64,000 bases of DNA, from positions 3,864 through 67,863 of the forward strand of contig HG000340.1 of NCBI GenBank assembly GCA_000436975.1. Reading direction: 5' to 3'. The notes below the pieces were generated by a model that worked only from the letters and a program-made list of their open reading frames with translations, searched no databases and was not told the DNA's origin. Positions 18,458-27,262 of the stretch are shown in pieces. How positions within the stretch are numbered: position 1 is the first letter of the stretch; each line of letters begins with the position of its first letter. Made by a program: the position numbers and the translations under genes. This DNA is from Clostridium sp. CAG:1000. Its GTDB lineage: Bacteria; Bacillota_I; Bacilli_A; RF39; UBA660.

Positions 18458-18510
18458 AGATAAATTTTGATTTATCTTTTGTTCTTTGATATAATGAATA
18501 TGGTGATAAT

Positions 18511-19017
18511 ATGAAAAAAGGATTTACATTAATAGAATTATTAGCAGTAATAGCTTTAATAGGTATACTTGTTACTTTAGTAGTACCAAATTTAGTAGAT
18601 TATTTAAATAATGCAAGTGATGCTGGTATGAAAAATCAAGAAAATAATATGAAAGATGCTGCTAAAATATATATAGAGGATCATTGTAGTAATCCATTAT
18701 ATGGTTATAAGTGTCCAAAAAGTTATACTAGTCCATCAGAGGGTCAAGAAAAATATGTTTGTTTAAGTGATTTACAAAATGATATAAATGTTGATGAGGG
18801 TATTCAAAGAGAAAGTTATATAGGACCTATATCATTCGATGAATCTGAGTGTGATGGAGTAATATTATTTACTAAGGACGAGTCAAAAACAAATAGTTCG
18901 TATAATAATATAAAACCTTATTTAGCATGTGGATATGATTATACAGGAAGTTATGATTATTCAACTGATTCTGAGTTTGCTTTTGATAAATATTCAGATT
19001 GTTTGAAAAATAATTAA
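18511..19017 (+). CDS. Prepilin-type N-terminal cleavage/methylation domain protein (type IV pilin / pseudopilin)
   Basis: MKKG|FTLIELLAVIALIGILV class III signal peptide. The C-terminal domain has 6 Cys. Confidence 0.85.
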   Translation: MKKGFTLIELLAVIALIGILVTLVVPNLVDYLNNASDAGMKNQENNMKDAAKIYIEDHCSNPLYGYKCPKSYTSPSEGQEKYVCLSDLQNDINVDEGIQRESYIGPISFDESECDGVILFTKDESKTNSSYNNIKPYLACGYDYTGSYDYSTDSEFAFDKYSDCLKNN

Positions 19018-19081
19018 ATAAATTATGTCAAGTATTGATATAATTTTTTATTTTATTTATAATTAATATAGGTGAGGTTAA

Positions 19082-22000
19082 ATGAAAGATGAAAAACTTT
19101 TGAGATTTTTTAATGCTGTAAATTTTAATGATAGTTTAACCCAATATTTTAAAGATTATGCAGTAAAAGAAGTATTATTAGAGCAAAAGGCTAATACAAT
19201 GAGGTTGGTTTTAGAATGTGATGATTTAGTACCAATTAGTGTATTTAAAGAATTATATAGAAGTGGTAACACTTTAAAAGGGGTTTATAAAGTAATATAT
19301 AAATTTATAGTTAAAAACAATACTAAATATTTAGAAGATTATTTTAATTATTATTTTGATAAGTTAGTTTCTAAATGTCCAATGTTAGAATGTATCGATA
19401 GAGAAAAAATTAAGTTTAATGATAATATTATAGATATAACTGTACTTAATAATGTTGAAAAGAATAAAATAGAATCTCTAAAAGAAAAAATAGAGATATT
19501 TTTAAGTGATATGGGATTTGATTTAATAGAAGTTACTGCTACTATTGATGAAGAAGAAAGAAAAAAATTTAAAGAACAATTAAATAGTAGTCTTGAAGTA
19601 GTTCAAAATAAAAAAACAAAACAAACAATTAAAGGTAGCCCAATAGGCGGAGATGTAAGTCAAATAAAGAATTTAATTTCTAATGAAAATAACGTTGTTT
19701 TAGTTGCTAAAGTATTTGGACTCGATGCAAGAAACACTCCGAGTGGTTGGTATATAATAAATCTTAAATTAACTGATTATACAGACAGTATAATGGCAAA
19801 TATATTTACTAAGAAGGAAGATGAGTATAATTATTTATTAAGCCAAGTTAAAAAAGATAAATGGTATAAATTAAAAGGAAATATAAAATATAATACTAGA
19901 AGTAATGATTATGAGTTTGGTATTAATGATATAGAAACATATGAAAGAAAAGAAAATAATGTTATAGTTGATGATGCTCCTGTAAAGAGAGTAGAACTAC
20001 ATGCTCATACTATGATGAGCCAAATGGATGGACTTGTAAAACTTGATTTATCTGCTCACACATGTGAACTTATTTCAAGAACGATAGATATGGGATATAA
20101 AGCAGTTGCTATAACAGATCATAATGGTTGTCAAGCATTTCCTATTTGCTATAATTTAATAAAAAGTTATAATAAAAAACAAGAAGATCCAAGTAAGAAG
20201 TTTAAAGGACTTTATGGTACTGAACTTACTTTAGTAGAAGATATGGTTAATATTGTTGTAAGACCAATTGATGCTCCACTACTTGAAAGCACATATGTAG
20301 TATTTGATACAGAAACAACTGGATTTAATGCAGGTGCTGGAGATCAAATGATTGAAATCGGAGCAGTTAAAATTAAAGAAGGGGTAATTATAGATAGATT
20401 TGATGAACTTATAAATCCTAATAGGCCTCTTCCTAAAAAGATAACTGAACTTACCCAAATAACAGATGATATGTTAAAAGACGCTGATACAGAAGAAAAT
20501 GTTACTAAAAGATTTTTAAAGTGGGCTTCAGACTTACCTATGGTAGCTCATAATGCTAAATTTGATATTTCATTTATAGAAATGGCTATGAAGAAATATA
20601 ATTTAGGTGAGTTTACGAATACTGTAATAGATACATTGGAACTTTCAAGGGCATTAGATCAAGGATATTCTAGACATAGTCTTTCTGCTTTAGTTAAAAG
20701 ATATAATGTTGATTTTGATGAGGATGCTCATCATAGAGCAGATTATGATGCAGAAGGCACAGCATTAGTGTTTTATAAAATGATGAAGAAATTAGATAGT
20801 CAAAATTATGAGAATATTAATGAGTTAGAAAGACTTATTTCTAAAGAAGATATATATAAATTTGGTCGGACTTATCATTTTAATGCAATTGCGCTTAATA
20901 GAACAGGACTTAAAAACTTATTCAAAATTATTTCTCTTGCTAATACAACTTATCTTTATAAAACACCTAGAATTTTAAGAAGCAAACTAAATGAATTAAG
21001 AGAAGGAATTATTATCGGTAGTGGCTGTTATGAAAGCGAAGTATTTAATGAGGCTAAAAGTAAAGATGGAGAAGAACTTACAAATATAATTAATTTCTAT
21101 GATTATGTAGAGGTACAACCTCCTGAAGTATATGATCATTTATTACAAACGGGAGATTTTGCAAATATATATGAGTTAAAAAGCCATATTAAGAAAATAG
21201 TTGAAGTTACTAAGGCCTCTGGTAAGATAATAGTTGCGACTGGAGATGTTCATCATTTCACTAGGGAAGATAAAATATATAGAGAAATAATAGTTCATCA
21301 AAAAGTACCTGGTGGTGGAAGACATCCACTAGCAAGAAACAATATTACTGAAATACCTTCACAACATTTTAGAACAACAAATGAAATGCTAGATGATTTT
21401 AGTTTTCTAGGAGAAGATTTGGCATATGAAATAGTTGTTACTAATACAAATAAAATTGCTGATATGGTTGATGAAATAGAAGTTATTATAGATACAAAAG
21501 GAATACCTTTCTCACCAAGAGTTAAAGCAGATGATGGTAAAACTTATTTAGATTGCAGAAAAGTTGTTACAGAGTTAGTATATACTAAAGCAAAAGAATG
21601 GTACGGAGATCCTCTTCCTAGAAATATAGAGGAAAGAATTGCAAAAGAACTTTATGGAGATATTGTTTATAATTATTGGTATGGTAAGTTAAAAGAAGAA
21701 AATGAAGGAATTAGTGAAGAAGAATTATTAAATAAAACATTTGATAATCTACATAATACAATCATAGAAGGATATGATAAGGTAAATGAGATTGTAACTG
21801 AATATGTGCTTAAAAACTGGAGTGAAGAAGACGGAGAGAAAAATGAAAAATCTATTGCTAAGAAGGTTAAAAAGACATTTGGTGGTATTATTGGTGGTGG
21901 ATTTGACCCAATATATTTAATTGCTCAAAGGCTTGTTAAACACTCTAATGATGATGGATATATAGTTGGTTCAAGAGGTAGTGTAGGTAGTAGTTTTGTC

Positions 22001-23692
22001 GCAACACTTATGGGTATTACTGAAGTAAATCCGCTTCCTGCTCATTATAGATGTTTAAACTGTCAAACAAGTTTATTTGAAAGTGATGATGGTAGTGCGC
22101 TTGGTGCTACTTATTCAAGTGGATTTGACCTTCCTGATAAGATGTGCCCTAAATGTAATAAGCCTATGAAGAAAGATGGGCAGGATATGCCATTTGCAAC
22201 TTTCTTGGGATTTAATGCTGATAAAGTGCCAGATATTGATCTTAACTTTTCTGATTTAAACCAAGCATCAGCTCATGAATATACTAAAGTTTTATTCGGA
22301 GTTGATAATGTTTATAGAGCAGGTACTATAGGTACTGTTGCTGAAAAAACAGCTTATGGATTTGTTCGTGGCTATTATGAAGACAAGGGTATAATTGATA
22401 AAAGAAGCTGTGAAATAGAAAGACTTGCAATGGGATGTACTGGTGTTAAAAGAACTACCGGTCAACATCCAGGTGGTATAGTGGTTGTACCAGACTATAT
22501 GGAAGTATCAGATTTCACTCCATTTCAGTTTCCAGCAGATGATCCAAATTCAGCATGGAGAACAACACACTTTGATTACCATTCAATTGAAGAAGACTTA
22601 CTTAAACTTGATATTTTAGGTCACTCTGATCCAACACAGCTTAGATTAATTCAAGACCTTAGTCATACAAATGTACTTGATGTACCACTTGATGACAAAG
22701 AAACTATGAGTATATTTTCTAAAATAGATGCTTTAGGTGTCACTAATGATGAGATTATGTGTCCAACTGGTACTCTTGGAATACCGGAATTTGGTACACA
22801 GTTTACGATTGGTATGGTATCAGAAACTAAGCCAACAACTTTTGCTGAACTTGTTAAGATATCAGGACTTTCTCATGGTACTGATGTATGGCTTGGAAAT
22901 GCACGTGATTTATGTACACCTGATGCAAGTGGTAATATTAAAGTTCCATTTAAAGAGGTAATTGGGTGTCGTGATGATATAATGGTATATTTAATGTACA
23001 AAGGTATGCAACCAATAAAAGCATTTAAGATAATGGAATTTGTAAGAAAAGGTAAAGCATCTAAAGACCCAGCTACTTGGGCAGAACATCGAAAGACCAT
23101 GGAAGAAGCAGGCATTGAAGAATGGTTTATAGATTCATGTCAAAAAATAAAATACATGTTTCCTAAAGCACATGCTGCTGCTTATGTTACAAGTGCCTTT
23201 AGAATTGCATGGTATAAAGTCCATATGCCTGTATATTTTTATGCATCATGGTTTTCAACTAAAGCAACTGATTTTGATATAGATGCAATGATTAAAGGAT
23301 ATGACGCTATTAAAAATAAATTAATTGAAATAAAAAATAAAGGAAGAGATGCTTCAAATAAAGAAAATGGCATATCTGAATCTTTACATGTAGCACTTGA
23401 AATGTCAGCAAGAAAAATTAAAGTAGAACAGTTTGATTTATATAAATCAAAAGCAATGACATTTGGAGTTTTAGATGATAATACATTAATCCCACCATTT
23501 ATCACAATTGATGGTCTTGGTGAAGTAGTTGCTAAAAACATAGAAAAAGAAGCACAAATTAAGCCATTTATTAGTATAGAAGATTTTCAAAATAGATGTA
23601 AAGTTTCACAAACTCTAATTGATAAGATGAGAAGTATGGGCATATTTAAAGGTATGAGTGAAAGTTCTCAATTAAGTTTATTTGATCTTTAA
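19082..23692 (+). CDS. polC: DNA polymerase III alpha subunit, PolC type
   Basis: 1536 aa. PHP domain (HAHTMMS), DnaQ-like exonuclease (VVFDTETTG, HNAKFDISF) and polymerase core (GSRGSVGSS, GQHPGGIVV). Confidence 0.95.
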   Translation: MKDEKLLRFFNAVNFNDSLTQYFKDYAVKEVLLEQKANTMRLVLECDDLVPISVFKELYRSGNTLKGVYKVIYKFIVKNNTKYLEDYFNYYFDKLVSKCPMLECIDREKIKFNDNIIDITVLNNVEKNKIESLKEKIEIFLSDMGFDLIEVTATIDEEERKKFKEQLNSSLEVVQNKKTKQTIKGSPIGGDVSQIKNLISNENNVVLVAKVFGLDARNTPSGWYIINLKLTDYTDSIMANIFTKKEDEYNYLLSQVKKDKWYKLKGNIKYNTRSNDYEFGINDIETYERKENNVIVDDAPVKRVELHAHTMMSQMDGLVKLDLSAHTCELISRTIDMGYKAVAITDHNGCQAFPICYNLIKSYNKKQEDPSKKFKGLYGTELTLVEDMVNIVVRPIDAPLLESTYVVFDTETTGFNAGAGDQMIEIGAVKIKEGVIIDRFDELINPNRPLPKKITELTQITDDMLKDADTEENVTKRFLKWASDLPMVAHNAKFDISFIEMAMKKYNLGEFTNTVIDTLELSRALDQGYSRHSLSALVKRYNVDFDEDAHHRADYDAEGTALVFYKMMKKLDSQNYENINELERLISKEDIYKFGRTYHFNAIALNRTGLKNLFKIISLANTTYLYKTPRILRSKLNELREGIIIGSGCYESEVFNEAKSKDGEELTNIINFYDYVEVQPPEVYDHLLQTGDFANIYELKSHIKKIVEVTKASGKIIVATGDVHHFTREDKIYREIIVHQKVPGGGRHPLARNNITEIPSQHFRTTNEMLDDFSFLGEDLAYEIVVTNTNKIADMVDEIEVIIDTKGIPFSPRVKADDGKTYLDCRKVVTELVYTKAKEWYGDPLPRNIEERIAKELYGDIVYNYWYGKLKEENEGISEEELLNKTFDNLHNTIIEGYDKVNEIVTEYVLKNWSEEDGEKNEKSIAKKVKKTFGGIIGGGFDPIYLIAQRLVKHSNDDGYIVGSRGSVGSSFVATLMGITEVNPLPAHYRCLNCQTSLFESDDGSALGATYSSGFDLPDKMCPKCNKPMKKDGQDMPFATFLGFNADKVPDIDLNFSDLNQASAHEYTKVLFGVDNVYRAGTIGTVAEKTAYGFVRGYYEDKGIIDKRSCEIERLAMGCTGVKRTTGQHPGGIVVVPDYMEVSDFTPFQFPADDPNSAWRTTHFDYHSIEEDLLKLDILGHSDPTQLRLIQDLSHTNVLDVPLDDKETMSIFSKIDALGVTNDEIMCPTGTLGIPEFGTQFTIGMVSETKPTTFAELVKISGLSHGTDVWLGNARDLCTPDASGNIKVPFKEVIGCRDDIMVYLMYKGMQPIKAFKIMEFVRKGKASKDPATWAEHRKTMEEAGIEEWFIDSCQKIKYMFPKAHAAAYVTSAFRIAWYKVHMPVYFYASWFSTKATDFDIDAMIKGYDAIKNKLIEIKNKGRDASNKENGISESLHVALEMSARKIKVEQFDLYKSKAMTFGVLDDNTLIPPFITIDGLGEVVAKNIEKEAQIKPFISIEDFQNRCKVSQTLIDKMRSMGIFKGMSESSQLSLFDL

Positions 23693-23713
23693 GAAGCATT
23701 TGCTTCTTTTTTC
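23691..23713 (+). terminator. Rho-independent terminator after polC
   Basis: Hairpin aagaagca/tgcttctt followed by a T-run. Confidence 0.7.
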
Positions 23714-23766
23714 TTTGAAAAAAGTGTTTTTAATATTTATGACTGATTATATAATTGGGAGGTAAC

Positions 23767-24157
23767 ATGAATATTAAAAACGATATAGATAATGAAGTTT
23801 GTAATTTTACTAATGATGCTTCACTTAAATTAAAAGGTTGTTATTTAAATTATGTTAAAGAATATAATCAAAAAAAATTAGCGTGTAAAATAAAAAAAGA
23901 TATTTTGATAGTAAGACGGGAAATGCTTGAATTATAAAGCTAAATATTTAGCAGATAATATAGATAAAGCACCATATTGGAAATGTAAAAATAGTAGCGA
24001 TTATATGTATACTGAAGAAGAAGCAGGCGGAGCACTTATGTGGTGTGTTAAAACTACAAGTAAAGTAACTACTGAAAGTTGTCCTTCTGGTTATACTAAA
24101 TAAAATGATATTTGTAAAAAAACAGAAACAGTTAATTGTACTATAGTAAAAAACTAA
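23767..24157 (+). pseudogene. Degraded small Cys-rich gene: an RBS-to-terminator unit broken into three reading-frame pieces
   Basis: GGGAGG RBS and ATG at 23767. The first frame stops at 23937. A second frame is open 23915-24103. After a TAA the same frame continues to 24157. A terminator lies at 24150-24178. A8 and A7 runs occur inside the unit. Confidence 0.4.
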
Positions 24158-24216
24158 TTAAATAAATATTAGTTTTTTCTTTTTGCTTTGTGTTATAATA
24201 TTACATGGTGAATTAA

Positions 24217-24966
24217 ATGAAAGTAGTTGTTTTAAGTAGCAGTAGTAGTGGTAACTCTACATATATAGAACTAAATAATATAAAGTTTTTAATAGATGCT
24301 GGTCTTCCATATGGCGTTATGAAAGAAAGGCTATATGATATAGGTGTAGAACCAGAAAGTATTGATTTTATAATCGTAACACATGCACATATAGATCACG
24401 TAAGAAGTATTCATACATTTAATAGGGTTTATAATACTAAAATATATATATCAAGTGAAACATTACTTGAGTATGATAAAAGGGATAAATTAAAAGATGT
24501 AGTGTTGTTTGATGAACTTGATAATATTATGGGTATTAAATTTGATAAAGTACCAATTTCACATGATAAAAAAGGATATGGTTTTGTATTTGAATACGGT
24601 GGTAATAGTATAGCATATATGGCTGATACTGGTATGATACATTTTAAATATTATAATCTTTTAAAAAATAAAACTGTGTATTTACTTGAAAGTAATCATG
24701 ATGTAGAAATGGAAATGAATGGTACTAAAGATCAAAAGACTAAGTTAAGAAATATTGGAGATATGGGGCACTTATCTAATGAAGATTGTGCTAAGTATTT
24801 AAATTATTTTATAGGAAATAATACTAAATATATATACTTAATACATATAAGTGATCATGATAATACATATGAAAAAGCATATCAAGTAAATAGAGATTCA
24901 ATAGATAAAAATATCAAAATATTTTTAACATATAAAGATAAAATTAGTGAAAAACTAGAGGTATAA
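24217..24966 (+). CDS. MBL-fold metallo-hydrolase (YycJ/WalJ-like)
   Basis: LSSSSSGNSTYIE, FLIDAGL and VTHAHIDHV motifs. Confidence 0.8.
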   Translation: MKVVVLSSSSSGNSTYIELNNIKFLIDAGLPYGVMKERLYDIGVEPESIDFIIVTHAHIDHVRSIHTFNRVYNTKIYISSETLLEYDKRDKLKDVVLFDELDNIMGIKFDKVPISHDKKGYGFVFEYGGNSIAYMADTGMIHFKYYNLLKNKTVYLLESNHDVEMEMNGTKDQKTKLRNIGDMGHLSNEDCAKYLNYFIGNNTKYIYLIHISDHDNTYEKAYQVNRDSIDKNIKIFLTYKDKISEKLEV

Positions 24967-24991
24967 CGTAAAAATATACCTCTTTTCTTTT
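24958..24991 (+). terminator. Rho-independent terminator
   Basis: Hairpin gaggtata/tatacctc followed by a T-rich tail. Confidence 0.7.
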
Positions 24992-25032
24992 AAAATAAAT
25001 ATAATTATGTTAAAATTAATGTGGTGAAATGT

Positions 25033-26250
25033 ATGTATAGAAAAACATTTATGGAAGTTAATATTGATAATATAACTTCTAATGTAAAAAACATAATAGA
25101 AAAATATAATGATTATAAATACTATATAGCTATGGTTAAATCAAATGCATATAATCATGGTATGTATATAGTAAATGACTTAATAAAGAGTGGTATTAAT
25201 TATTTTGCAACATCTTCTTTAGAAGAGGCAATGAATATTAGAAAGTATAACAAAGATATAGGTATTCTTTGTGTTGAAAAGATTGAACTTGATTCAATTG
25301 ACGTAGCAATAGATAATAATATAACTCTAACTATTCATGAAGTTGATTATTTAAAAGAAATAATAAAAATTACAAATAAAAATATAAAAGTTCATATTAA
25401 AATAGATACTGGAATGAATAGATTAGGCGTTAGTAGTAAAAATGAATTAAATGAAATAGTCCATATTATTAATTCAAATAAAAATATATATTTAGAAGGA
25501 TTATTTACTCATTTCGCAACACCTGGTACTCATGATAAATTCTATGATATTCAAGTCTCTAATTTTAAAGATATTACTAGTGATTTAGATTTATCTAAGA
25601 TACCAATGATACATTTAAGTAGTAGTTTTATAGTTCTTTCTCATCCTAAGTTAGAATTTGCTAATGCTATTAGAATTGGAACTATTATATATGGATTTGA
25701 TATCGCACCAAAAAGATTATCAAATAGTCCTAAAAATATATTAAGGAAGATTAGAAATAATTATTTAATTAAAAAATATAACATAAGTAAAACATATGAT
25801 AATGTGAATATTGAACTTAAAACTGCTTTAAAACTTAAAACTAATATTATACAAATCAAGCATATAAAACAAGGCGATAAAGTAGGCTACGGAATTCTTT
25901 ATGAAGCAAAGAAAGATGAAATAATCGCAACAATACCAATTGGTTATGATGATGGGATTGGTACTAATCATGTAAATAGATTTGTTATTATTAATAATAA
26001 AAAATATCCTGTTATTGGTGAAATATCTATGTGTATGATGAGTATACTAATAGATGAAAGTGTTAGTATAAATGATGAAGTAACCATTTTAGGTGATGGT
26101 ATAACTATTGGTCAGATAGCAAGATTAAATAATACAAGTATGCATAATGCACTTGTAAATATAGGTAAAAATTTACCAAAAGTATATATCAAAAATAATA
26201 AAAAAGTTTATGAAGAAAAGTATATAATGGAGGGTGAAAATGAGTCTTAA
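25033..26250 (+). CDS. alr: Alanine racemase
   Basis: PLP-lysine motif AMVKSNAYNHG. THFATP and the C-terminal beta domain (PIGYDDG, SMCMM) are present. An extra segment of about 40 aa (PKRLSNSPKNILRK...) is not recalled from typical Alr. Confidence 0.85.
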   Translation: MYRKTFMEVNIDNITSNVKNIIEKYNDYKYYIAMVKSNAYNHGMYIVNDLIKSGINYFATSSLEEAMNIRKYNKDIGILCVEKIELDSIDVAIDNNITLTIHEVDYLKEIIKITNKNIKVHIKIDTGMNRLGVSSKNELNEIVHIINSNKNIYLEGLFTHFATPGTHDKFYDIQVSNFKDITSDLDLSKIPMIHLSSSFIVLSHPKLEFANAIRIGTIIYGFDIAPKRLSNSPKNILRKIRNNYLIKKYNISKTYDNVNIELKTALKLKTNIIQIKHIKQGDKVGYGILYEAKKDEIIATIPIGYDDGIGTNHVNRFVIINNKKYPVIGEISMCMMSILIDESVSINDEVTILGDGITIGQIARLNNTSMHNALVNIGKNLPKVYIKNNKKVYEEKYIMEGENES

Positions 26251-27262
26251 AACAATGATGTTTAAAAAAGTAAAAGCAATAAATTTTGAAAAACTTGATA
26301 AATTAAGTAGTGACATTGCTAAACGTAATAATAAAAGCAAGGGTTATGTTAAAAGAGATATGATCAAAAATTTTATAAAATATGGCATAGGTTATACTGA
26401 TTACTTAAAAGGAGATTATATTAATTTAACAGAAGATGAAAAGAAGACTTATGTGACAACTAAATCTTTTTATAAAATGCTTAAATATTTAAATGATGAT
26501 AGATATATAGCTGTTATGAGGGATAAACTATTATTTAATAAAGTATTTAGAGACTTTATTAAAAGAGATTTTCTTGATTTAAGAGTTTCTACTGTTGATG
26601 ATTTTAAATCATTTATCAAGGGTAAAAAGAATGTATTTGCTAAACCTCCAACTGACTTTGGTGGACATGGTATAGAAAAAATATGTGTTAAAGATATAAA
26701 AGATGTTAATAAACTATTTGAAGAATTAAAAAGTAAAAAATTAAATTTAATAGAAGAAGAAATTATACAACATAAAGAACTTGATAAGTTAAATCCTTAT
26801 GCAGTTAATTCTTTTAGAATTGTGACTCTTGTCAAAGATGGTAAGAGTTATATACTTGCTAATGCACTTAGAATTAATATCGATGATGCAGTTGCAATAG
26901 GATGCTCTGATGCTTATATGAGACTTGATGAAAATGGCAAAATATGTAGTAGAGTAGTAGATGATGTTGCTAATACTTATGAGTATCATCCGATGGCAAA
27001 GATTAAATTTAGTACTGTTAAAGTACCTTATGTAAAAGAAGCATTTGATATGGCGTTAAAAGCAGCACTTTTAGTGCCTGAGGTAAGATATGTAGGATGG
27101 GACATTGCTTTTACACCAAATGGACCTGTTATTATGGAAGGAAATGAATATCCAAGTTATGGGCTTGTTCAATATTATTTATTTAATGATGAACATGTAG
27201 GTCATTTAGCTAAGATATCAGAGATACTTGGTGAAGAAGAAATGAAGAAGATGAATTTATGA
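26240..27262 (+). CDS. ATP-grasp domain protein (sugar-transfer-associated ATP-grasp type)
   Basis: GGAGGGTG RBS. The start overlaps the alr stop by 11 nt. FAKPPTDFGGHGIEK, NSFRIVTL and GWDIAFTPNGPVIMEGN are ATP-grasp-like. Confidence 0.6.
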   Translation: MSLKTMMFKKVKAINFEKLDKLSSDIAKRNNKSKGYVKRDMIKNFIKYGIGYTDYLKGDYINLTEDEKKTYVTTKSFYKMLKYLNDDRYIAVMRDKLLFNKVFRDFIKRDFLDLRVSTVDDFKSFIKGKKNVFAKPPTDFGGHGIEKICVKDIKDVNKLFEELKSKKLNLIEEEIIQHKELDKLNPYAVNSFRIVTLVKDGKSYILANALRINIDDAVAIGCSDAYMRLDENGKICSRVVDDVANTYEYHPMAKIKFSTVKVPYVKEAFDMALKAALLVPEVRYVGWDIAFTPNGPVIMEGNEYPSYGLVQYYLFNDEHVGHLAKISEILGEEEMKKMNL

